Part shown: piece after piece, positions 38,073 through 47,000 of the stretch | Position numbering within the stretch: the stretch's first letter is position 1 | How the letters are laid out: each line of letters starts with the position of its first letter | Source: a virus | Taxonomy: Duplodnaviria; Caudoviricetes | DNA length: 58,395 bases | Virus record (IMG/VR): IMGVR_UViG_3300031772_000043 | Location: 1-58,395 of that record | Strand: one strand, 5' to 3' | Translations under genes and position numbers: made by a program | The notes under the pieces: generated by a model | Told to the model about the DNA's origin: nothing | The model's input: the letters and a program-made list of their open reading frames with translations, nothing else | Database searches by the model: none

Positions 38073-38143
38073 TCCGGGATCGTCTAATGGTAGGACGGCG
38101 GACTCTGACTCCGCTAATGTTGGTTCGATCCCAGCTCCCGGAA
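38073..38143 (+). tRNA. tRNA-Gln(CUG)
   Basis: Acceptor TCCGGGA/TCCCGGA; anticodon arm GCGGA-CT-CTG-AC-TCCGC; GTTCGATC; no encoded CCA. Confidence 0.92.
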
Positions 38144-38197
38144 TGCTTTGTCCTTGGATCACGTGCGCGCGGGTAGCGCCCGCACGTGGAGGACAAA

Positions 38198-38395
38198 ATG
38201 GCAAACTACAAAAATCGAAAGCCCAAGTCGTACTAGGGTTGCTGTGGAATGTGTTGTCTAAGAACAACAGATGGCAGGCGAAACGGCCGAATTTTGACCT
38301 GCCAGGAACGTCGAGCCCAGGTCACTGAGCGCGAAGAAAGAACCGAGTATGAGTTGGGAAGACGGACGCTTGAACCTGAGTCCGGAAGAGACTAA
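38198..38395 (+). pseudogene. small basic Cys-motif ORF interrupted by in-frame TAG (pseudogene or readthrough gene)
   Basis: GGAGGA RBS plus ATG; MANYKNRKPKSY*GCCGMCCLR... frame open to TAA 38393-38395. Confidence 0.5.
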
Positions 38396-38693
38396 GTACC
38401 AAGAGGCTGTGCGTCAGTATCAGGTGGACCTCAGTAAGTATGAGACCGATGCCCGAGCATACCAGGCGCGTTTGCTTGCTCTTTCCGAGGACGAGGCACG
38501 GCCATCGAGACCCATTCCGCCAACCCCACCAATTAGACCCCTCAAGTTTGATTTTGGACCTTCATCAGAAATCCCGGGCCCTATAAACGAAACCGACGAG
38601 TTCAACCGCGGGGTTGAGACCGTAGCTTTGGCAGTAGAGAAACTGGTACAAGATTTCGAACTCGTGGCATACATTCGAAAGCTCAAGCGATGA
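38349..38693 (+). CDS. hypothetical protein
   Basis: 114-aa ORF coupled to the next gene. Confidence 0.65.
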   Translation: MSWEDGRLNLSPEETKYQEAVRQYQVDLSKYETDARAYQARLLALSEDEARPSRPIPPTPPIRPLKFDFGPSSEIPGPINETDEFNRGVETVALAVEKLVQDFELVAYIRKLKR

Positions 38694-39385
38694 AGCCGAC
38701 TGACTATGACCCCAAGCACCCTCCAAAACTAAGAGAAGTCAAAATCTGTTGTATATCGGATACCCACACTGAGACAAATAATCTCAGTATTCCGCAGTGC
38801 GACATCGTGATCCACGCAGGTGATATCACCTATAGAGGTGAACTAGACAAGCTCTCTCGCTTTGACGAGTGGGGAGGAAGACTTCCTCTTCCTACTGAGA
38901 GGAAAATTGTAATCGCAGGAAACCACGACATCACGTTAGAACGCGAGCACGAGGTCGCTGAAGCGCATCTCACACAGTGGACCTACCTACGCGATAGCGC
39001 TGTAACTGTGCTCGGGTTGAAGGTATACGGGACTCCTTGGAGCCCCTCCTTCTACCCCGAGAGCTGGGTCTTTAACCAAGACCGCGGAGAACCGGCCCGA
39101 CAGAGGTGGGAACAAATCCCCACAGACACAGATATCCTGGTAGTACACGGACCTCCTTACGGATACGGGGACGCGGTACGTGGGGTCAACGTGGGTTGCG
39201 TAGACCTCACAAACCGTCTAAACTTGATTCGTCCCCGATTGACAGTGTGCGGTCACATCCACGAAGGCTATGGAATTTTTGCTGCCCCTTGGGGCACAGT
39301 TGTAAACGCTTCTGTAATGACAGGCGGGTACAAGCCAAAAAATAAACCCATCGTTATTACCGTGACGGTTCCGACGGAGTCTTGA
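38690..39385 (+). CDS. metallophosphoesterase (239FB/MPPED-like)
   Basis: SDTH, HAGD, AGNHD, HGPP and GHIHE. Confidence 0.9.
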   Translation: MKPTDYDPKHPPKLREVKICCISDTHTETNNLSIPQCDIVIHAGDITYRGELDKLSRFDEWGGRLPLPTERKIVIAGNHDITLEREHEVAEAHLTQWTYLRDSAVTVLGLKVYGTPWSPSFYPESWVFNQDRGEPARQRWEQIPTDTDILVVHGPPYGYGDAVRGVNVGCVDLTNRLNLIRPRLTVCGHIHEGYGIFAAPWGTVVNASVMTGGYKPKNKPIVITVTVPTES

Positions 39386-39437
39386 AGTACTGAAGATTGA
39401 TTTTCATCGCCTTATCTAGGATTGTGGGTCAATCTTT

Positions 39438-39524
39438 AGAGGGTTGGCCGAGTGGTCTAAGGCGGCGGTTTTGAAAACCGCTGAACCCTAACGGGTTCCG
39501 GGGGTTCGAATCCCTCACCCTCTG
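39438..39524 (+). tRNA. tRNA-Ser(UGA)
   Basis: Acceptor AGAGGGT/ACCCTCT, G73, anticodon arm GCGGT-TT-TGA-AA-ACCGC, long variable arm, GTTCGAATC. Confidence 0.92.
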
Positions 39525-39542
39525 TTAGAATGGAGTCCCAAG

Positions 39543-39782
39543 ATGTTCGGAAACAGTGCGTTGTTCCACGATGAGTTCCGCTTGCTTCTAAAAGAGCAGC
39601 TAGGTTTTGACGAGGTTGCGGGGCCTGACCCCACCAAGCTAGCCTCGTTCTCTAGGCTTGCGTGTGTACACTCTGTTGTAGTAGACTCTTGGGTGAGAGG
39701 ACTGGGACGTCCCACGCCTCCACAGGAACGAACACTGATCGCTATGATGAAATCAGTGATGCTACATTCTCAGACCCTATGA
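39543..39782 (+). CDS. hypothetical protein
   Basis: GGAG RBS, 79 aa. Confidence 0.55.
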   Translation: MFGNSALFHDEFRLLLKEQLGFDEVAGPDPTKLASFSRLACVHSVVVDSWVRGLGRPTPPQERTLIAMMKSVMLHSQTL

Positions 39783-39955
39783 AGTTTCTAAGTCTTGAAA
39801 CCGCCGAGGCCGTCGCTAAGCGGGTAAACCACCAACTTAAAGAGTGGGACATCCCCATCTCGGCCCGACCTAATTTTATCATTCTGGTAGCCTTAGTGGT
39901 CCGAGAGCTTCGCGCAGAAGCCAGGAGCCAGAAGCCAACCTCCACCGACGAATAG
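39779..39955 (+). CDS. hypothetical protein
   Basis: ATGA-coupled, 58 aa. Confidence 0.55.
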   Translation: MKFLSLETAEAVAKRVNHQLKEWDIPISARPNFIILVALVVRELRAEARSQKPTSTDE

Positions 39956-39964
39956 TTTCTTGCC

Positions 39965-39986
39965 AAGCCCCCATCCGGGGGCTTTT
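39965..39986 (+). terminator. Rho-independent terminator
   Basis: AAGCCCCC-ATCC-GGGGGCTT stem ending in a T-run. Confidence 0.75.
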
Positions 39987-40015
39987 GTCGTTAACCCATA
40001 ATCGAACCAGGAATC

Positions 40016-40228
40016 ATGAAAATCGCAATCGCAGAACTCGAAAACCAGTTTGAAACCTCTTTAGACGCCTACTGCCACAGTCTAGAGCACGGCGACGAAG
40101 AACGAGCACGGGAAGAAGCGTATAGAGCCGGAGATTATCTAGACGCCATCAAAGTCCTGAAGACCCCAGATGCTGCCAGAGTTCTGAAGCATCGTAGGTT
40201 TATGGAAGCAGTGATGGCGGCTGGCTGA
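40016..40228 (+). CDS. hypothetical protein
   Basis: AGGA RBS, 70 aa; last + strand gene before the convergent strand switch. Confidence 0.65.
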   Translation: MKIAIAELENQFETSLDAYCHSLEHGDEERAREEAYRAGDYLDAIKVLKTPDAARVLKHRRFMEAVMAAG

Positions 40229-40232
40229 ACTG

Positions 40233-40793
40233 TTAGCTCTTAGTGCTCCCCTTGGAGGGAAACACACCAGCTTCTCTCAGGCGTCTTAGTGCCGAGGCGG
40301 CTCCTGTCTTAGACCACCTGTCGTAAAGCCTTACAATATCCTGAGGGGTCTTCAGATCGGTAAGTTCACGGACTTCGTCTAGTATGCGGACGTAGTCGTT
40401 GAATCCGTCTGACAGATTCAAATAGACGTGAGTCAATCCATCTGGAGACAAAGGGGCTGCGCTTTGGTAAGCCCGCTCTCCTAACTGGACGACGTAATGA
40501 CGCGTTATGCCCTTACGGCTCACGTGCTCTGCGAAGAACCCGGTCAGGAATAGCGCTGCGTCTCCTGCACGGCGCAGACGCATAAAGCGCTCGTGTGAAT
40601 CCTTGGATTCCAGAGCCTGTCCCAGTTGCAGAACAATGGGGGTTGAGTAATCTGCTGGCTGGTTTACCTGACGAATTAGCAAGTTCACCAGGTAAAACTC
40701 AGTCCACTGTTCTATTTTGAGGTGTAAGCGGCTAGAGGCTTCTGCTATTGCCTCGTAAAAGAAGAGTTGAAGGTCTTCGCTTTTGAATGCCAC
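40233..40793 (-). CDS. conserved hypothetical protein resembling a bacterial family
   Basis: YLVNLL...RRAGDAALFLTGFF...G.RAY...RLYDRWSKTG; family recalled, not searched. Confidence 0.65.
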   Translation of the reverse strand: MAFKSEDLQLFFYEAIAEASSRLHLKIEQWTEFYLVNLLIRQVNQPADYSTPIVLQLGQALESKDSHERFMRLRRAGDAALFLTGFFAEHVSRKGITRHYVVQLGERAYQSAAPLSPDGLTHVYLNLSDGFNDYVRILDEVRELTDLKTPQDIVRLYDRWSKTGAASALRRLREAGVFPSKGSTKS

Positions 40794-41060
40794 TTACCTG
40801 CGCTGATCCAGCACGGTAGCGTTGGCCATTGACGCCTTCCATGCCTTTTCGACTAACGTATTAACCTGAGTTAGGCCCTCTACCATCTCAGGGTCTTTCG
40901 CTACCTTCCTCAGCTTAGAAACTGCTAATGCAATTTGCATGAGTAGGCCGGAAGCAGGCCCACCCATCATCGCGTTATTGCCCGCAGCCCGCTCCTGGAC
41001 TTTCAGCTTCTTGAGGGTTCTAGCCGCTCGGAGTAGTCGTTTTTGTAGGTCTGAACGCAT
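40794..41060 (-). CDS. small protein with RLLRAA leader
   Basis: MRSDLQKRLLRAARTL; internal KLRKVA. Confidence 0.65.
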   Translation of the reverse strand: MRSDLQKRLLRAARTLKKLKVQERAAGNNAMMGGPASGLLMQIALAVSKLRKVAKDPEMVEGLTQVNTLVEKAWKASMANATVLDQRR

Positions 41061-41073
41061 TGTACTGCCTATC

Positions 41074-44000
41074 CTATATCCCACTCAGATCTATATCCAG
41101 ATCTTCGCTGTTGATTGCGTCCAACGCCGTTTGTACTCTAGGCATGATTGTCTCGTAGAGAGACAGCAGGTCCGGACGCTTCTTTTGTAGAAGAAGCTTG
41201 AAGGCTAGAGCCGAGGGCGAATTGTTCTTCGTGCAGAACTCGATGGCCTTCTCGTACAGGGCGTGTAGAGCAGCCTTGTCAGGCTTTGGACGTGGTGTTA
41301 CGGGCGTTGCAGGGGCGGAGACTGCCGGGGCCGCTGTCGGGGGCTTAGGCGCGTCTACGGTCTCCTCTACAAACGGGACCTCATCCAGAAGCCGCTGCTT
41401 CTCTTTCGGCGGCAGGGGGAGAGCCTCTATGACCGTCTTGAGTTCCTCTGGAGTATATGCGCGCAAGGACACTATCGCCCGGACTCGCTTAAGGCGACGT
41501 ATACTGTCATCCTTGTCCTGAGTCAGAAGACCTTTCAGATTCTCCAGGCGACTGGGCTTAGAAGGAGGAGCGGGCGGGGCCTCTTCAAGCGCCTTTTTCA
41601 GCGCGTTGATGGCGTCTGAAGCCTCGCCCTTTGTCCACGGCGGGGCCCCCAGGTCGGTTACCTTGGGGCGTCCCAGCTTCTTCAGCTCGGCTTCAAGTTC
41701 CTGTACCTTAGCCGTCTGCTTTTCAGTAGCCGGATCGCTACGCCACTCGCCCTTGGGACGTGCAGGTGCAGCAACCGGAGGCGCGATAGCACCCAGAGGG
41801 TCTTGTCCCGCCTGAACCTGTCTAAGATAATTGGCAAGTCCCTGTAGGTACTTGATAAAGCCCTGCTTAGCGGTGGAGGACAGATCCTTGGACTTGATTG
41901 CCTTAGCTACTTCGCTATAGGTCAACCCCTTCAGCCCTGTCTCAAGCTCTCCGTTGAGAGTGAGCAGTTCTTCGGGCGTCAGACCCGCCTGCCTTGTCAC
42001 GTAGTCTAGGATTTCTTCCGTGACCTGAATATTGCCCAATTCCTTTGGCAGTCGACCCCTGGGCTTCTGTTCTGAAGGTGCGGGAGCCACTGCGGGCGCA
42101 GGCGCAGCGACCGGTGCAGGCATCCGGAGAATTTTACCCAGTGCTAGAATAGACCCGTCTTTGGCCACAGGGACGAAAGCTAGGTCTTCTGCCTGGATAT
42201 CTTTCTTTACCTGCAATGAGATGTAGCCCGCATCCGCTGCCTGAAGAAGGGCATTCTTAGCGGCATCCGGAGACACTTTTCCTTCAAGACCCTGTACCAC
42301 GTCAGCAACGTTGAACCCGCTCTTGGTCTCATTTGCCTTCACTGCATCAAGGACCTGAACCACAACAGCTTGGTCAACCTTTTTTCGGATGGTCGGAGGA
42401 GGCCCCTTGGGCTTTTTCTCTTCCTTAGGCACGCTCTTTGGTTCGGCAGCCGTTGGTTCTGGCAACTGGATACCCGGGATATCCGCGTCCTGCAGACCAT
42501 TTTCGTGCATGTACTGAATCAGGTCATCAAACAGAACTGCTGCAGGTCCCTTCAACGGGGCCCTAACCTTCTGAAGTCCGCTCTTCTGCACTGTCCGCAA
42601 TAGCGACAGGGCGGTACTAGAATCCTCGGCGTCCAGTTCGAACTCCGTAGACATCATGTTCCAGATGTTCCGCTGCAGTCGGGCCTTGGCGGTATCGCGC
42701 TGCGCGGGTTCCTCTTCGTCGTCCGGAGTGACCTCGTCCGACGTAAGGAAATCCACCGCTTGCTGCAACTCAGGAGAGAACGTCTTTCCTCGTCCTCTTA
42801 GGGTGTCTGTAAGCTCTTCTTCCTCTTCTTCGGAGACGGAAGCGGGTTCCGGCATATCTGCCGCTAGCTCGTCTGCGTTGAAGTCGGGCTCGTTTTCTTC
42901 TACAGCCTTTAGATTTGGAGTTCCATCCTTGGCAAAGTAGGACTCACGACCCCCTAGAGGTGGAATAGATACTCCACGGAAATCTGGCAAATGATCTGCG
43001 TTTACGAGACCCTTCTCCAGGAAGAATTCCGCGATGATTTCAACCACATTTTGAAGGACGGTGTCTTGAGTCTTTGCGGATGCTTGCTCCAGCGAAATGC
43101 TTTTTAGAACGCGAACTGCGTCCGCAAACATGTTCTTCTGGTCGTCATCCAGCTCGTACTCCTTTGCCATCTCATCAAAGATCGTACTACGTAGTTCTTT
43201 ACGCTCCGCCTCTTCTGGAACCGGAGGCTTGGCCTCTAGAATTTCCTGCAGCGATGGAACGGCTTCCACCGGGGCTTCTTTCGCTTGCGCCGGATGGCTG
43301 AATTCAATCCCAGTCAAAGAACTGAAGTCGGGGTGCCCAGGAACACCAGAATCGAATTCTGCCCTGTTCTTGCCCAGGTGTACGAGAATCTTCTTTACGA
43401 GAGGCGTGTATGCGGGACGCTTATCCAGTAGGGCCTGAAAGATAGAGGCCGCAGTTCTGCCCTCTTCCATGTGAAGCTGAACGCTGACCATGATCTTGTA
43501 GGCAGTCTCTGCCTCGGACCTATTCAATCCCAGGGCCTTGACCATTACCTCGAAACTAGGAGTTCGCTCACCCGCTGCTGGCGAAATTTCTTCCTTCTGT
43601 TTCTCTGTGGCTGGCTTGATTTCATCCTGCTGCGTCGGAGAGGCGGGGGGAGCGCCTTCGCCGAACACCTTGTCGAGCCCGTAATTGTCTCGCATGTTCG
43701 CGAGACCCTTAGTCCTGTTCAGCCGATTCAGATAGTTCTTCATCTGCTGGAAGAGGTAGGTGAGGCTGTAGGGCTTTGCGTTCTTCTTATCCAGGGCAGA
43801 GAACTCTTCACCCATGGCGTCCAAGTCCTTACCGCTTTCGGCAAGGTCAGACATGCGTACAAGCATGTCTAGAACACGCTGTTCCGTGGCGGATACGGGC
43901 TCAATGCCGCCTTCAGTCCCCGCCTCCTCCTGCATCTGCTCTTGCAGAGAGCGGATGAACGGAGTCATCTGCTGTTCGAGAGGCTTTGTGTTGTCGAACT

Positions 44001-47000
44001 CTTTGGTTGTCGGAAACTTATGTGACCCATCGTAGAGGGACACGAGATTCCACTTGCCGTTTTCGGTCTTCAGATCGGAGTGCAACGAAAGGAAGAACGC
44101 CAAGCGCTTTGCCAGACTGAGAGCGGACGAGGCGTCTTCGCTCTTAGACGCCTTCAGTCCCTTCAGGATCTCGGGCATGGTCTTGCCACGGAGCATGACA
44201 CGAATGATATCGTGAAGGGTTTTGGCAGCTTCTTTGTTTCCCAAAGAAGGTTGAGCGTTTAGAAGGGACTCGACCGCCGAATCGTTGCTCGACAGATCCA
44301 GAGTCTTCTTCAGAATCTCTACCGGTTTGACGATAGAAACTCGATTCATATTTGTCAGGTCCCAGACTTCTGGAGATACCTTGATGTCCTCTCCATTGTC
44401 GATCAGGAACTCAGCAATAGACCGAATGACCTCGTTCTGGTCGGGAAGCGTCTGAGTCTCCGAGAAACCCGGCTTGAAGTCATGGATACTTTTACCCGCA
44501 GCAAAGTGCTTTCTTAGCGCCGACAGTAAGAGACCGAAGTTTTCAACGCGCTTCTGCCAGGCCTTCTTGGACTCTTCGGGATCCAGATGCAGCGAAACTG
44601 ACTGAAGCTCTTCAGCAAGCGTGCGCTCAGTATTTGTGGACAGCTCTGTTCCTTGGGGCTTGAATCGTACCTTGTCCCTCATATCCGCAATTTCGTCTGC
44701 GGACAAATCGGAAGTAACCTTATCGGCCTTCCCGCTGGGTGGTTTGATTCTGGTACTGTCGGGTTTCGACTCGATCGGTGCAGGTTCTGCCTTGGGCTTA
44801 GGAGCGAACTTTTCCGGAGCAGGCTGGTAAGGCTTGCGCGTGTCCTTTTCAACTCCTGGTCCCCACTCCACGCTCTCTTCTCCGGGCTTAAGAGAGCGGG
44901 GCGGCGAGTACCCGGGTCCTTTGACGTCGTCCTTACTCGGCAGTTCGAACATGTTTTCGACTGCGTAGCTGCCATCCCCACGAACCAAGTCGTCTCGATC
45001 CTGAAGGAAATTTCTTACGTTTTGGAGCAGACCCAACTCCTTGTTGGAGTTGTGATTCTTTAGGTGCTGTTCTAGCTTTTGCTGAAGAGGCTCAATCTTA
45101 GATTTGAGTTCTTCGCGCTTGGTGTCAACCGCGTCCTCTTGCTTGCGCAGAAGCTCCGTGAACTGTTGCTGCTGCTTGCGGATTTCCTCGATCTTTTGCT
45201 TTAGCTGCCGAAGGCCTTTGCGCACTTCCGCTTCAGCTTGGCCAACGATCTTTTCTCTCAAAGATCTCAGAGAGTCACGAGCTTCTTTGGACTCGGCCTC
45301 CAGGTCGGCGTAAGCCTCGTCAAGGTCTGCTCCCTTAGCGTCCTTCAAATACGCGTAGTTCTGAAGCTTCTCTTCTTTCCAGATGGCGTCAGCGCGCTCA
45401 GCAGGATCTTCAATCGCATCCACGTCTTCGGTATCGAAGACGTCAGAGATAGAACCCGACTTGATTGCAGCTAGCAACTCTCCGAGAAGCTTAGTCTCCT
45501 TCAGCTTCAGGGCCAGCTCTTGCGCACTTTCAGGTCCCGCCTGAGAAATAGCCTGGTCTCTTAGCTCTTCGCGGGCTTGTAGTGCGTCTTTACCGCTCTT
45601 CTGCAGTGTTTGAATCTGGGCCTTGGTGTTGGAGAGCGACTCTTTTAGTGCGTCCAATTCTGCGCGCAGACCGACCGATTTCTCGTCCAGGAGCTTGACG
45701 CCCTTTTCTGCTACGCGGTCTACATCCTTCTGCCTCTGATTGACGAGATCGTGAATTGAGCCTCCGGACTTGGCTGTGGATTCCAACTCCGTCATCAAGG
45801 CTTTGAGGAGTTCAGGATCTGCTTTGGGGAAACTCTTCTGTATCTGCTGGAAGAGAGGCACCTTAGGAGGTTCGACTCTAGGCTTCTTAGGCGTGAGAGC
45901 TTCGTTTCTCTCCATCGCACTAAGTTCGTCCCTAAAAGACGACTTCCCCACATGTTTTGTGTTGTACGCGACAAAGTCAGGGTACTTAGACTCGTAGAAG
46001 CTCTTGCGCTTCTCCAGGTCTGCATCAAACGCCGTCTCGAACTTCTTTAGGGCTCGCTCGTAGACTTTACGTATTACTGCCATAGCCTCTGGGGCAATTT
46101 GTCCATCTTCATCCACTTCAACGCCGAACTCGTCGGCTGCAATTTCCTGTAGACGTGCCCCGAGTGAAGACGCAGGGCGTTGACCTTCCGGAAGAATGTC
46201 GTGACTCTTATCCTCGTCGTCCTGGTCTCTACGCAGGTTTCCGGGGATGGCCCACATCCATCGCAGAATGTTTTCCTCGTCTTGAGGGAACTTAGACCTA
46301 TTAGCTCCCAGCAGACCGTTAAGGACGTGTTGAAACCCTGCTGCGTTTTCTTCCGACGCCTGATTTAGGTAGGATAGGAACTTGTCTTGAGCAAGGCCCT
46401 TTTCTCCCTTGCCTAGAAGCACCGCACTAAAGGGGTTTAGCATCCGACTCAGACCCTTGTCTGTTTCGGCCTTTTCCTTCAAAATTTCGACTAGGGTGTT
46501 TTGGGCCTTTTCCTGCTTGACCTTCAGAGCATTCATTTGGCTCTTGTATACTTTTGGGTCTTCCTTGCTGTAAGAGAAGGGGGGTCGAGCGGCGATCTCC
46601 TGGATAGAAAGACGCTTGCCCTCGGCGCCCACACCCATAATTCCTTCCAGAATGGTGCGCTCTTCTTCGTTCAGTCTGGGGTCATCCTCTACGGTTAGAA
46701 CTTCTCCCACCACGTCCAAGAGCTTGTCAATGTTTTCCTGGGCCAGGGCCTGCTCGGCGATAGACTCTGGATCCGCCCCTTCTTGGGCTGCCAGATCCAT
46801 AGGAGACAGGGCCTCTTCACCCTCCTCCGAGTCGGAGCCCGGAGCCGACGGGCTCACAAATCTCTTAGACCGAATTGTCTGGGTATAGCGAACCGTGACC
46901 GTGTCTCCTCCATTTTGAGGAGAGAACTCCAGGGTTCCTCCGAAAGGGTTAGCTCTATATTGGTTTTTCCCTACAACGCTCTGGCTTTCCAGTCCTGGTG

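Noticed and set aside
37959-38328. ORFs 37959-38267 (-) and 37969-38328 (+)
   Set aside because: They overlap two well-formed tRNA genes and are spurious.
39438-39524. tRNA with 'TGA' read as an opal suppressor or Sec tRNA
   Set aside because: Anticodon UGA decodes UCA (Ser). The 7-bp acceptor stem, G73 and long variable arm fit an ordinary tRNA-Ser.
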